From a virus (taxonomy: Duplodnaviria > Caudoviricetes): a stretch of DNA of 55,830 nucleotides. The notes below the pieces were generated by a model. It made no database searches. It saw nothing but the letters and a program-made list of their open reading frames with translations, and had not been told where the DNA came from. The stretch lies in IMG/VR virus record IMGVR_UViG_3300049811_000327, positions 1 to 55,830 of that record. The stretch is one strand, 5' to 3'. Each line of letters begins with the position of its first letter. Within the stretch, counting starts at the first letter, position 1. Both the position numbers and the translations under genes were made by a program. This document shows, one piece after another, positions 28,430 through 37,438 of the stretch.

Positions 28430-28608
28430 CCTGAACCCATGGGTCCCCTGAACCTGAACCCTAACCCTAGGGTCACTTGAACCTGAACCCTAGGGTCACT
28501 CGAACCCATGGGTTACCTGAACCCTAGGGTCACTTGAACCCATGGGTTACCTGAACCCTAACCTGAACCCATGGGTTACCTGAGCCTGAACCCATGGGTC
28601 ACTTGAAC
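28423..28608. repeat. Tandem array of eight 10-bp palindromes ACCC(AT/TA)GGGT; candidate replication origin
   Basis: Palindromes start at 28435, 28464, 28487, 28504, 28521, 28538, 28567 and 28590. Confidence 0.9.
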
Positions 28609-28627
28609 ATAAATTTCGATTCATCGA

Positions 28628-28685
28628 CGAACTTGGAAAATTTAACATTCCGGCTATGTACATTTCGCAAAAAGCGTGATATGAT
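28628..28685 (+). promoter_or_regulatory. Early promoter repeat P3
   Basis: TGTACA(28657)-N17-TATGAT(28680). Confidence 0.88.
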
Positions 28686-28732
28686 GTTTTTGTAAGCAAG
28701 ATTCAAACCGATTCACGAAGGAGCATCCATCA

Positions 28733-28978
28733 ATGACCACCAAGCAAATCGCAGCACTCGAAAAGACGGCATGCGTTTTCGACGTAGAAACCCAAGAAAT
28801 TCTATTTCGCTTTAATCCTAAGCACATTGATTATGGCATGGCGGTTCTGTTCGTAGCTACACTGGAAGGGAACGACCCTCTCGACTATGATGTGTTGAAC
28901 AAAGGCCGCTTGGTTACTTGGGTTCTTCCGACTACACAAAACCTTGTTGATGTCGTCATCGCTCGCACTCGTAACTAA
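28733..28978 (+). CDS. Hypothetical protein
   Basis: 81 aa with ACGAAGGAG leader directly after P3. Confidence 0.7.
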   Translation: MTTKQIAALEKTACVFDVETQEILFRFNPKHIDYGMAVLFVATLEGNDPLDYDVLNKGRLVTWVLPTTQNLVDVVIARTRN

Positions 28979-29018
28979 CGACAATTTCACTAACCCACTC
29001 ACGAAGGAGCACACTCTC

Positions 29019-29408
29019 ATGGTTACCCACCCCAACTGCCCCATTCAGATTCACAAGTCGTTCGATCACTCAGCCTGGTGCCTCACGAAGAGCGTCGGTA
29101 CTTCACCCGACAGCATTCTCTACCGGCTGGACGTCTCCCACAGCTATGAGGGCGGCAACGGCGACACCTTTACCTTCAGCTCCCACACACACGGGTATGA
29201 TTACGAGCTGGTCACTCACGAGGAGTGGACTGAGCGCTACGATGCCATCTTGGAGAACGAAGATGATGCCACCTCCAACGGTGCCATTGCACGCTTGGCC
29301 ATCATGAACCTCCTCATCATCACCGAGGCCGAGAAAGCTATTCGCCAGGAGCTGATCGACACGTGGAATCTGCTGAACACGATCGTGGCTTTCCAGGTGA
29401 CGTACTAA
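29019..29408 (+). CDS. Hypothetical protein
   Basis: 129 aa with CACGAAGGAGCACACTC leader. Confidence 0.7.
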   Translation: MVTHPNCPIQIHKSFDHSAWCLTKSVGTSPDSILYRLDVSHSYEGGNGDTFTFSSHTHGYDYELVTHEEWTERYDAILENEDDATSNGAIARLAIMNLLIITEAEKAIRQELIDTWNLLNTIVAFQVTY

Positions 29409-29418
29409 CTGACCCAAC

Positions 29419-29453
29419 GACGGGGTCTTCGCAAGAGGGCCTCGTCACTTTTT
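29419..29453 (+). terminator. Intrinsic terminator
   Basis: GACGGGGTCTTC-GCAA-GAGGGCCTCGTC followed by a T-run. Confidence 0.7.
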
Positions 29454-29468
29454 ACAAGGAGAATCCAA

Positions 29469-29678
29469 ATGTTGGTTAAATTGACCGCACAAGCGGCACA
29501 AGCTTTCGGCGAAAACGGCAGAACGGGTTGGCTCTATACTGACGCGATGCTCCTCACGGGATGTCCTCGTTGCCACGCTGAAAAGAATCACGTGTGTGTC
29601 ACATCGGGTGAAAGGCAAGCTTGGCCGCCGCATGCAGAACGACTACGGGCCTTCAAAGACATCAACACCACCAAGTAA
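29469..29678 (+). CDS. Small zinc-finger-like protein
   Basis: CPRC...C...H-xx-R; AAGGAG RBS. Confidence 0.6.
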   Translation: MLVKLTAQAAQAFGENGRTGWLYTDAMLLTGCPRCHAEKNHVCVTSGERQAWPPHAERLRAFKDINTTK

Positions 29679-29689
29679 GGAGAACTTCA

Positions 29690-29959
29690 ATGCCGATCAT
29701 CATCACTTCTCATGATTCTCGTCGTCCAGCCACTGTCGAATTTCCGACGGTTGCTGAAGTCATCGAGTTCCTGAGCTTCCTGCCACAGGACGCCGCCGTT
29801 GGGTTTGCTGGCCACTTCGGCGACATGCATCCACTGGATCTGCGTTCTGTCTACGTTCGGACGGCCGATCGCGTTGCGCACATGTGGACGGGTTCCGAAA
29901 CCGATCCCTTTTCAGTCGTCGAGATTGGCGTTCCCGACATTGGGCCTGAGCCTGACTGA
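29690..29959 (+). CDS. Hypothetical protein
   Basis: 89 aa; AAGGAG RBS. Confidence 0.65.
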   Translation: MPIIITSHDSRRPATVEFPTVAEVIEFLSFLPQDAAVGFAGHFGDMHPLDLRSVYVRTADRVAHMWTGSETDPFSVVEIGVPDIGPEPD

Positions 29960-29970
29960 TAGCAATTGCG

Positions 29971-30095
29971 GCAGTCAAATGAGGTTACCTCCCGGAAACA
30001 CCAGGGGTGACGCAGTCACTCACGACCATTTCTGATGATAGGATATTCATCAACTTGGCAAAAGGTCTCCGGGAGGCCCTCAAGACTTCTGAGCA
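29971..30095. repeat. Dispersed palindromic element, copy e (core 30034-30051, reversed), with accessory motif at 29971-29990
   Basis: GATGATAGGATATTCATC; CCAGGGGTGACGCAGTCAC arm. Confidence 0.78.
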
Positions 30096-30160
30096 CAATG
30101 CTTATACGCAGGCATGAGTGAACGTCTCTGAAGCAAAATGGCTCAAACCACGTCTCCCGA

Positions 30161-30218
30161 CGAACTTGGAAAATTTAACATTCCGGCTATGTACATTTCA
30201 CAAAAAGCGTGATATGAT
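30161..30218 (+). promoter_or_regulatory. Early promoter repeat P4
   Basis: TGTACA(30190)-N17-TATGAT(30213). Confidence 0.88.
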
Positions 30219-30266
30219 AGATTTGTAAGTGAGAATCAAACTCAACCCAAACGAAGGAACATTCAA

Positions 30267-30443
30267 ATGCAGACCTACATCATCACCACCAAATCCGGAT
30301 CATTCGCCTTCGAGGCCCACAGCAGTGACCACACCAAAGAGATTCGCGACTACATGACCAAGCAGGGATACAAGAGCACCGACTACAGCATCGAGATTGC
30401 TCCCTCATATCAGGACGACGAGACCTACAGCATCTGGGGATAA
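30267..30443 (+). CDS. Small hypothetical protein (58 aa, not in the ORF track)
   Basis: MQTYIITTKSGSFAFEAH...YSIWG*; ACGAAGGAAC leader after P4. Confidence 0.7.
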   Translation: MQTYIITTKSGSFAFEAHSSDHTKEIRDYMTKQGYKSTDYSIEIAPSYQDDETYSIWG

Positions 30444-30478
30444 CCCCAACCAACCAATACTACGAAGGAACACACCTC

Positions 30479-30670
30479 ATGAACAAGCACACTCCGATTA
30501 CTCGCATCAATTCAAGCGGCCCAGCACGTGCTCTTCTCCTCGCAGATGGCTGGTACGTTGTCGGTCGAGGAGTCATCTTCGCAGTTGACTCCGTCGAAGA
30601 GGCAGTCTCTGAGGCCGCCGAGATTGAGGCTCAATTTGGTGATTCGGAGCAGAAGGATGTGAACTCATGA
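30479..30670 (+). CDS. Small hypothetical protein
   Basis: 63 aa with ACGAAGGAACAC leader. Confidence 0.7.
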   Translation: MNKHTPITRINSSGPARALLLADGWYVVGRGVIFAVDSVEEAVSEAAEIEAQFGDSEQKDVNS

Positions 30671-30825
30671 GCATCAACGTGACCACCCCAGCCGGCAACG
30701 AGATCAGCGTGTTTTTCGACACCGAGGCAGAGGCCTTCATGGTCTTCCACGCCAACTCAGAGATCTCGTTCGGGTTTACGATCGAAGAGTGCGCCGAGGC
30801 CTTCGACAGAGACGCAGAGTCGTAA
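30667..30825 (+). CDS. Small acidic hypothetical protein (52 aa, not in the ORF track)
   Basis: MSINVTTPAGNEISVFFD...; ATGA overlap with the upstream stop. Confidence 0.6.
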   Translation: MSINVTTPAGNEISVFFDTEAEAFMVFHANSEISFGFTIEECAEAFDRDAES

Positions 30826-30942
30826 GGCTTTGATCAACCCACCTCTCCTGGCGGTGACGCCAGTGCAGGCGCGCCGGCTGTCGGTAATCGAGCCGGAGTG
30901 ACCACAGGAGAGATGGGATTCTTCACGCCAAAGAGGCAGTCA

Positions 30943-31140
30943 ATGACCAACCTTTTGCCGATCTTCTTGGTCTTCGTGCTCGTGCTGGTGGCCCTCCCGC
31001 CTAACGCCCAAGCTGCTTCAGATGATGCGCCGATAGACGCTTGGGGGAAGTGCGTGTGGAAGACGAGGCCGCGGCTACGCTGCGAGTGTGGCCCTGAGAA
31101 TCCATACAGCCCTTGGGCAAAGTGCTTGGCGCGAAAATGA
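30943..31140 (+). CDS. Small secreted Cys-containing protein
   Basis: Signal-peptide-like N-terminus ending AQA; four Cys in the mature part. Confidence 0.5.
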   Translation: MTNLLPIFLVFVLVLVALPPNAQAASDDAPIDAWGKCVWKTRPRLRCECGPENPYSPWAKCLARK

Positions 31141-31304
31141 ACCACACTCTACGGCAGTTTGAGTACGCGTGGCCATCCTACTGGAGATGCCCCTCCTGTG
31201 GAGCAGCTAACCCAATTGAAAGTCGTTCTTGCTTACACTGCGGAGAACCTCAACGAAAGGCAACCAATGCGAAAGAAGACGATGACCGCGGGTCCAGCTC
31301 CTAA
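31137..31304 (+). CDS. Zinc-ribbon protein
   Basis: WRCPSCGAAN...CLHCG. Confidence 0.6.
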   Translation: MNHTLRQFEYAWPSYWRCPSCGAANPIESRSCLHCGEPQRKATNAKEDDDRGSSS

Positions 31305-32076
31305 AGAGCCACCGCGTTTCGATCCAGCGACTTGGGTTACTCAAGCGAGAAATCTTGCTCATGGAGATGCAGACTCGGTAACGATCATTGTTGCGCTCTT
31401 CTTGATCAACGGTTCGCTTCTCTCGATGCTTGCCGCGCACCTGGTCTTCAAGGTTCCACTCGACGACATCTTCACACCGACACTGCTCTTTATCGCTGTC
31501 TCGATCGGCATCATCCTAACGTCAGTTTGGACCACCGTCTACGCGGTCACGTTGTATAACCTCAATAAGAAAGTTCAGCTCGCTACTTGGCAGCTAGAGC
31601 TCGATCTTGGCATTGACCTTAACGACGACGGTCAACTTGGACAGCCAAAGTCTTCAAGCGTTCCTCCTGCAGCGGGTCACCCGATGACGATCGGCGGCAC
31701 GAATCCGAAGACAGTCATCCTTCCAGACATTGTGCAGGTCCAGAAAGCTCCAAAGCTCCAGGGCTTCCCCGTTTCAGCAAATGATGTGGTATTCATCCTC
31801 TCGCATGTCAAAGCCCAGGGCCTATCTGTGAGGTCCTGGGAACGAACGGTCCTACCTTCCAAGACTGTAGTAGATCGAGACCTGTGGGTGGCGATCATCA
31901 AGGGCATGGAAGAGTGGAAGATGATCACTATTAAGACCGACAAGGCTGGCAAGCGTTGGCCGATGCTGAACCCCGAAGCAAAGGTTGAAGACATGATCGC
32001 CTCTGTCAGGAAGACCGCTGGAATCAAAGACGAAGGCGACGAAGAAGAGGACCTAGGACCCTCTCAAAGTGAATAA
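31267..32076 (+). CDS. Membrane protein (2 predicted TM helices)
   Basis: Two hydrophobic stretches followed by a DLNDDG motif. Confidence 0.65.
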   Translation: MRKKTMTAGPAPKEPPRFDPATWVTQARNLAHGDADSVTIIVALFLINGSLLSMLAAHLVFKVPLDDIFTPTLLFIAVSIGIILTSVWTTVYAVTLYNLNKKVQLATWQLELDLGIDLNDDGQLGQPKSSSVPPAAGHPMTIGGTNPKTVILPDIVQVQKAPKLQGFPVSANDVVFILSHVKAQGLSVRSWERTVLPSKTVVDRDLWVAIIKGMEEWKMITIKTDKAGKRWPMLNPEAKVEDMIASVRKTAGIKDEGDEEEDLGPSQSE

Positions 32077-32440
32077 CAGAACTCGAAACTCGGCACGAGC
32101 AATCGTCTTCGCCAGCAACCACAACACGAAAATCAGGTTGGTCAAGGTTGAACTTGAAGCCGAAAGACTTGCTGCCAAGGTAGCTGAACTAGAGGCCAAA
32201 GTTGATACTCTTCTCACTCACTCCAGTCGCGGGCACTCGATTGCACAGCGTTGGATTGAGGTTGCACCAGACCTTGGCGCTCTCTGGATGACCGCTATGA
32301 CAGCACGTGCCAATGGTGACGACATCGGCTTCACAGCAGCTGCGTCAGCTGCATTCACACTCATTGGTGATGCATTCTCGCATTCGTCCGATATCAGTCA
32401 ACATCACCCAAACGGCCAAGGGGCCGCGAAAGGCAAATGA
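32069..32440 (+). CDS. Hypothetical coiled-coil protein
   Basis: 123 aa; overlaps the upstream stop. Confidence 0.6.
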   Translation: MNNRTRNSARAIVFASNHNTKIRLVKVELEAERLAAKVAELEAKVDTLLTHSSRGHSIAQRWIEVAPDLGALWMTAMTARANGDDIGFTAAASAAFTLIGDAFSHSSDISQHHPNGQGAAKGK

Positions 32441-32604
32441 TGATCATGCAACTAATTGACATGATGCTTGCGAGCTGGGAACGCGAGGCTCGTAAGCAAC
32501 TTCAAAAGAACCAACCGGTCGAGAAAATCGACGCGACGGCTTTACTTTTCCGTGAGATAATTGACCAACTTTCGCAAGCCTTTCGCCATTCGCCATTCAT
32601 CTAG
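32437..32604 (+). CDS. Small hypothetical protein (55 aa, not in the ORF track)
   Basis: ATGA overlap; fills the gap exactly. Confidence 0.45.
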   Translation: MMIMQLIDMMLASWEREARKQLQKNQPVEKIDATALLFREIIDQLSQAFRHSPFI

Positions 32605-32621
32605 AGAAAGAGAGAACAACT

Positions 32622-32987
32622 ATGAAAGCGTTTCTGTTACTTGTCGGCGGAGTAGCCGCCATCGTCTTCGTCCTGATGCTTCTGCTGATCTCGAGTGATG
32701 CGATTGATACCGCAACGAGTGAAGCGGTCGAGGACGTTATCAGTCAGCTTGGTGATGAGACATCCGCATCGGCCAAACAGCTCTCGGTCAACATCTGCAC
32801 CGGTCTGTGCATCGGCTCTGGCAATAGCAAGCAAGACAGCGCGGCAACAACCACCACAATGAAGCAGGAGAAAGAGGTGGAGGTGGAACCGCCGAGCACG
32901 AGCTCAATGTTACTCTTTGGCCTCCTCTTCACAGTCGTCGTTGGGCTAGCGGTGGTCTTCGCGACGTTCATCTTTGGTAGTGAATAA
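32622..32987 (+). CDS. Membrane protein with N- and C-terminal TM helices
   Basis: Hydrophobic termini around a polar loop with CTGLC. Confidence 0.65.
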   Translation: MKAFLLLVGGVAAIVFVLMLLLISSDAIDTATSEAVEDVISQLGDETSASAKQLSVNICTGLCIGSGNSKQDSAATTTTMKQEKEVEVEPPSTSSMLLFGLLFTVVVGLAVVFATFIFGSE

Positions 32988-33100
32988 ACCTACCCATCAT
33001 CAGTCACCAAGTGTGCTCCCAAGTGTTGTGGCTGTGTGTGTTGTGCACGCTTACGCGGGAAAAACACCGTAAGACACATCGGTAAGTGAAAGGAAATCAC

Positions 33101-33481
33101 GTGAAGCATCTAATTCGCAACCTTCTCCTAGCCTTTTGCCTAATTGTTGGCTTTGTGACTCTTGCGATTGTCATATCAGAAAAGGCAGGAGAAACGGGTG
33201 CGGCAATCGTAGTTGGGGTCATATTCTTGCTAGTACTTTCGATCCCAACGTCCTTGGCGATAGCTCTCATCAACAGGTCTTTGTCGAACAGAAAATACAC
33301 CAGACAGGTGAACAACGACAATCGCCAGATCATAATCTTCGTTCAGAGAGAAAGCGGAGAGTTTGCAAAAGTTGAAGGCGAAGAGGCCAAAAGATTGCTC
33401 TCTGGGCTATCTCCTCAACACACTTCAGTCATCGTTTCCAAGTCTGGAAACACGCCCACCCATATTCAAGAAAGGCTCTAA
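33101..33481 (+). CDS. Membrane protein (2 predicted TM helices)
   Basis: Two hydrophobic helices; AAAGGA RBS before GTG 33101. Confidence 0.6.
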   Translation: MKHLIRNLLLAFCLIVGFVTLAIVISEKAGETGAAIVVGVIFLLVLSIPTSLAIALINRSLSNRKYTRQVNNDNRQIIIFVQRESGEFAKVEGEEAKRLLSGLSPQHTSVIVSKSGNTPTHIQERL

Positions 33482-33482
33482 C

Positions 33483-34019
33483 ATGGATACCATTACCGAC
33501 AGTCACATTTTCGAGAGCAATTATGGAGTCGCCTTCCATTGCGCTCCATTCAACGGTTCCGTTCACGGAATCGCCTCCTCCCCCTACGCGGCGCTCAAGC
33601 TATTCTTCGACGACGGTACTGACCCCGACCGTTGGGTCAGGTACATCACTGCTGATGAAGCACGTGCCATCCAGACCATGTTTTCCCTCTTTCTGCAGCT
33701 CCATGAGGTGTCGCCGCTTCGGCTCAGTCTCGCTCAGATACGGGAAGAGTCGGCCCCTCCAGCGCGTCCGAAGGTGAAGTTCTCTGAGCCAGTCGGCCGT
33801 CACGGAAGCTCACTGGGCCGCGAGCGCGCCAACGGCCGTATTCTGCGAGTCATCGCAGAGTCAGACATCCCCCTCTCTGTGCATGAGATCTCGCGAAGAA
33901 CGGGCCTGCCTCAGTCAACCGTTGGCGCCGCAGTGCTCTACCTCTATCGCACCGAACGCATTCAACGCGACGCCGACCACGATAGCCAGGGCGCCCCATA
34001 CCTCTATACGCTTGCGTAA
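33483..34019 (+). CDS. Protein with C-terminal winged helix-turn-helix
   Basis: RILRVIAESDIPLSVHEISRRTGLPQSTVGAAVLYL. Confidence 0.72.
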   Translation: MDTITDSHIFESNYGVAFHCAPFNGSVHGIASSPYAALKLFFDDGTDPDRWVRYITADEARAIQTMFSLFLQLHEVSPLRLSLAQIREESAPPARPKVKFSEPVGRHGSSLGRERANGRILRVIAESDIPLSVHEISRRTGLPQSTVGAAVLYLYRTERIQRDADHDSQGAPYLYTLA

Positions 34020-34033
34020 GGAGAGGTCGTCAG

Positions 34034-34091
34034 CGAACTCCGAAAATTTAACATTCCGGCTATGTACATTTGCGAGAAAGCGTGATATGAT
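34034..34091 (+). promoter_or_regulatory. Early promoter repeat P5
   Basis: TGTACA(34063)-N17-TATGAT(34086). Confidence 0.88.
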
Positions 34092-34146
34092 CAATCTGTA
34101 AGTGACGATTGCATCCAACTTCTCGCAGAACGAAAGGAACACTCCA

Positions 34147-35061
34147 ATGACTACCACTTCTTCGGTTCGCCGCTTCGACATCCACACCTTCACCGACTTC
34201 CGTACCTTCGGCCTCTCGGCTAACGCAACCGCTGCTGATATGCGATGGGTGGACATCAAGACGGAAGACATCGTCGACTTCAAGGTCGTCTCCCTGGAAC
34301 GCAAACACGCCTCGGCCACTCTGACCGTCCACAGTGCGGATCGCGAGCACCCCGAGGAGTATGCGTTCGCGAAAAGCGGCATGGACTACTTGGCCTACCG
34401 CTTGGGCATCCACTACAAGGACTTCGGGACTATCACCGATCTCAAGGCGTCTCTGGCGGCCCGCAAGATCACTCACATGGTCCTCTGCATCTTCCGCGGG
34501 ATGGTCCTCGGTACCCCCACCAAGTACGAGGGTATCATGGGGCACGATAAGGTCATCTCGAGGATCGAGCCTTTCTCCTCTCACTTCCAGTGGGGGAAGG
34601 TTACTCCCGATGAGATGATCGCGATCTTCTCGAAGGTGAGCCCGGACGTCTCTGCCCGCAAGCTGCGGTTTGGTGTGAGGGTTCGCAACGGCATGACTGG
34701 CACGGCAGCGCTTTCGGTCTCCTACGCCTTGATCGCAGATCGCCGAGTCTTCGAGTACTCTCGCCACTCTCGGTCACGGCACACCACCTTCGAGGCGGTC
34801 CTCGCGACCATCGACACCATCGAGGAGATGCTGGTCGCTGACGAGATGTACGACCTCTTGGCCAAGCTGGAAGCTTCCGCCTCTGAGTCGCCGCTCTCAC
34901 TGGTCACCATGGTCATCGAGCTCCCAGCCGACCTGGAGAAGGCCGAGAAGTGGTTCAGCGACGAGACCTCCCTCTCCTTGGCAGACATCATCGCGATCGC
35001 AATTGAGAAGGACTTCTCCAACGTCCTGATCAACAAACTGATCGAGACCTTCACTGCCTAA
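34147..35061 (+). CDS. Hypothetical protein, possibly DUF932-like
   Basis: 304 aa; FGVRVRNGMTGTAALSV...RSRH resembles DUF932; ACGAAAGGAACACTCCAATG leader. Confidence 0.45.
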   Translation: MTTTSSVRRFDIHTFTDFRTFGLSANATAADMRWVDIKTEDIVDFKVVSLERKHASATLTVHSADREHPEEYAFAKSGMDYLAYRLGIHYKDFGTITDLKASLAARKITHMVLCIFRGMVLGTPTKYEGIMGHDKVISRIEPFSSHFQWGKVTPDEMIAIFSKVSPDVSARKLRFGVRVRNGMTGTAALSVSYALIADRRVFEYSRHSRSRHTTFEAVLATIDTIEEMLVADEMYDLLAKLEASASESPLSLVTMVIELPADLEKAEKWFSDETSLSLADIIAIAIEKDFSNVLINKLIETFTA

Positions 35062-35138
35062 CGAGTTTGCCAGCAAGGGGAGGATGAGTGCAAGTGACGG
35101 CTCATCCTCCTCTCCATGTTTTCCAAAGGAACTACGAA

Positions 35139-36023
35139 ATGACAACCATCGCAATCCCCAATGATGACATCTTCAGTCGCGGGCCCAAGGCAAGCGTAAA
35201 GACTGAGCGTGACCCGATCGTTGAAGCTATCTTCTCCGGCATGACGTCCACCAACACTCTCCGCCGCAAGCGCATGTACGGAGCGGCTGCGGGCAAGTGC
35301 GCTCGTCACTCATACCTGATGACCAAGTCTGATGGGATCGACACGTTCGGTCCATCCGGGATGATGTACACGGCGATCGGAACGGCGGTCCACAACGCCA
35401 TCTCGACAGCGCTCTTCAACGCCGGTCTCCTGATGTTCAAGGAGTATCGCCTCTCACCGCCGACGTGGCTCGCACTGAGTGGGTACGTCGACGACATCAT
35501 CGCTCTCGACGGCCAGCCTGCCATCCTCGAGATCAAGACGACCGGCAACGTTTCGAAAGCAACGATCGACTTCGAACATGCAATGCAGGCGACCACCTAT
35601 GCGCTCATCACCGGCATAGATCGTGCCTTCGTCCTCTATGTCGACCGCAACGTCGGCATGCCGCTCCCCAAGATGCGCTCCCTCCAGGTCGATACGAGTC
35701 CGGAGGCGCTTCGGGCAGTGGCCACTCAGTTGGCGAACGGGCAAGTTGGCATGAATCGCGATCGCCTGCCGAGTATCCCTCTGAACCTTCGCCCGAGCCT
35801 CTGCAGGTACTGCCCGTTTCACTCCAACTGTTGGGATGATGAACCATTCACATTCCCCGTTGGTGAAGCCCTGGGAGGCCCGGACGACCTTCACGACGTT
35901 GAGTGGATGGTCGCAGACCTGATTGACCCGAAGCAACGAGCGTGGCGCCTTGAGCGAACCATCGAGTTCATCGCCAAGTTCGGCGAGAAGCGTCCGATCC
36001 CCGAACTGATCGAATCAGTCTAG
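35139..36023 (+). CDS. Cas4-like PD-(D/E)xK exonuclease with Fe-S cysteines
   Basis: C...GTAVH, GYVD, EIKT, QATTY, CRYCPFHSNC. Confidence 0.85.
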   Translation: MTTIAIPNDDIFSRGPKASVKTERDPIVEAIFSGMTSTNTLRRKRMYGAAAGKCARHSYLMTKSDGIDTFGPSGMMYTAIGTAVHNAISTALFNAGLLMFKEYRLSPPTWLALSGYVDDIIALDGQPAILEIKTTGNVSKATIDFEHAMQATTYALITGIDRAFVLYVDRNVGMPLPKMRSLQVDTSPEALRAVATQLANGQVGMNRDRLPSIPLNLRPSLCRYCPFHSNCWDDEPFTFPVGEALGGPDDLHDVEWMVADLIDPKQRAWRLERTIEFIAKFGEKRPIPELIESV

Positions 36024-36079
36024 CGAAGAGAGGGGCTTCGAAAGAGGCCCCTTCACCTCGTCGACAAAGGGCACTTCAG

Positions 36080-36535
36080 ATGTCGAGACCAACTGCTTCT
36101 TTTGCAACCAATCCAGGGAAGGCTCCAAACCTTCGCACCGCCACTACCCAACAGAACTCAGTTTGGCTTAAAGGTGCCTTGGTGAAGACAGCTTCTCATT
36201 GGGCTGAAGAGCCGAACGAGGAGGTTTTGGCAAAGTTGGTGAAGGTTGGCAGAACCATTGGTCGTGTCGATGGCCAACTTTGGTGTACTCACAACGGCAA
36301 GCTCATGCGCCAAGTGGAAGAGCCGTCTGTTGCATGTCCGAACACCGCTCTCTGGCCAGGCGTCCCACACGAAGAAGAGTATGCGTGTATCCCGTATGAG
36401 ACATGCCGCCTTTGCCTTCACTTCATGCCTCCTGAACCCGGGCTCCGCCTTTCCTGCTGCAGTTGGGTAAGAGAGGTTAGGGCTAAGGCTGAGGCCTCTC
36501 AGGGTGACCCAGTCACACGCAACGGCAAGGGATGA
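36080..36535 (+). CDS. Cys-rich hypothetical protein
   Basis: 151 aa with CRLC and CC. Confidence 0.55.
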   Translation: MSRPTASFATNPGKAPNLRTATTQQNSVWLKGALVKTASHWAEEPNEEVLAKLVKVGRTIGRVDGQLWCTHNGKLMRQVEEPSVACPNTALWPGVPHEEEYACIPYETCRLCLHFMPPEPGLRLSCCSWVREVRAKAEASQGDPVTRNGKG

Positions 36536-36580
36536 TAGGATACTCATCTCTATCGATTGGAGGCCTCAGGGAGGCTTCTA
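36490..36580. repeat. Dispersed palindromic element, copy f (core GATGATAGGATACTCATC at 36531-36548)
   Basis: Exact reverse complement of the copy b core; CAGGGTGACCCAGTCAC arm. Confidence 0.8.
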
Positions 36581-36602
36581 AACTTCCAAGAAAGGATCGA
36601 TC

Positions 36603-36899
36603 ATGGACCTCAAAGCACTCGAAAGCATGCTCATCACCGAGTCCGAATGGGAGACCTGCATCCTCGATCTTCCGGACGCTGTCGTTAAGGCAGTTGGGAA
36701 GAGCGACGACGACATCGTCATCTATGCCTTTAGGCTCCTGGCCCCACACATGTGGGCGCTCGTCTTCACGGTTGAGGTGGTCGATGGCTCGCCAGGCACC
36801 ATTGTTGACTACATCGCAAACGCGATCATGATGGCGACGGCTGACTGGGTCGAACCACCCAAGAAGGTTCCGGCTGCCTCTCGTTCCAAGACTTCCTAG
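36603..36899 (+). CDS. Hypothetical protein
   Basis: 98 aa; AAAGGA RBS. Confidence 0.65.
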   Translation: MDLKALESMLITESEWETCILDLPDAVVKAVGKSDDDIVIYAFRLLAPHMWALVFTVEVVDGSPGTIVDYIANAIMMATADWVEPPKKVPAASRSKTS

Positions 36900-37012
36900 A
36901 GGCTCCCTGCTGAATCACCACTTTGAGATGTATGTTCCTACCATCCATGAGAGGGGGGAGTGTCTGAGAGGTTCTGGGAGACTGTGGAAGGTAACCTCGT
37001 TTGACTGCTAAC
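36895..37012. repeat. Dispersed palindromic element, degenerate copy g (core 36927-36945), with accessory motif at 36989-37008
   Basis: GATGTATGTTCCTACCATC, then AGGTAACCTCGTTTGACTGC. Confidence 0.6.
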
Positions 37013-37054
37013 CTGCACATACATGCGCGGAGTGAGACGGAACCACATCAAGGT

Positions 37055-37111
37055 GAACTCCGAAAATTTAACATTCCGGCTATGTACATTTACCGAAAAG
37101 CGTGATATGAT
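37055..37111 (+). promoter_or_regulatory. Early promoter repeat P6
   Basis: TGTACA(37083)-N17-TATGAT(37106). Confidence 0.88.
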
Positions 37112-37157
37112 CTTCTCGTAAGCAAGATTCACACCAACCACGAAAGGAACAACTCCA

Positions 37158-37376
37158 ATGAGCATCTTCGGCCACATCTTCACCGACACCATCGACTGCT
37201 ATCACTTCTACATCGAGGGCTGCTACGAAGGGTCCTGTCGGGCAAGTGGCTTCGACGGCGCACGGGCCATCGCTCAGGAGCGGTTCCCCGACATCGACAT
37301 CGAGGACATCCACATCTACACCCACTTCGAGCACTGCGAGATTCAGGATCGGTACTGTGATTCGATTCGCGACTGA
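37158..37376 (+). CDS. Small acidic hypothetical protein
   Basis: 72 aa with ACGAAAGGAACAACTCCAATG leader. Confidence 0.7.
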   Translation: MSIFGHIFTDTIDCYHFYIEGCYEGSCRASGFDGARAIAQERFPDIDIEDIHIYTHFEHCEIQDRYCDSIRD

Positions 37377-37438
37377 CCCAAACGAGGCTGACCCCACTAA
37401 GGTCAGCTTCACTTTTATTCCAACTTTGGAGGACCATC

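Noticed and set aside
28423-28608. CCCTAA telomere-like hexamers or a protelomerase site
   Set aside because: Only three scattered CCCTAA copies occur, there is no single long perfect palindrome, and no protelomerase gene is seen.
28628-28642. CGAAC at the start of each promoter repeat as a LexA (Cheo) box
   Set aside because: The GTTC half-site four bases later is absent in every copy.
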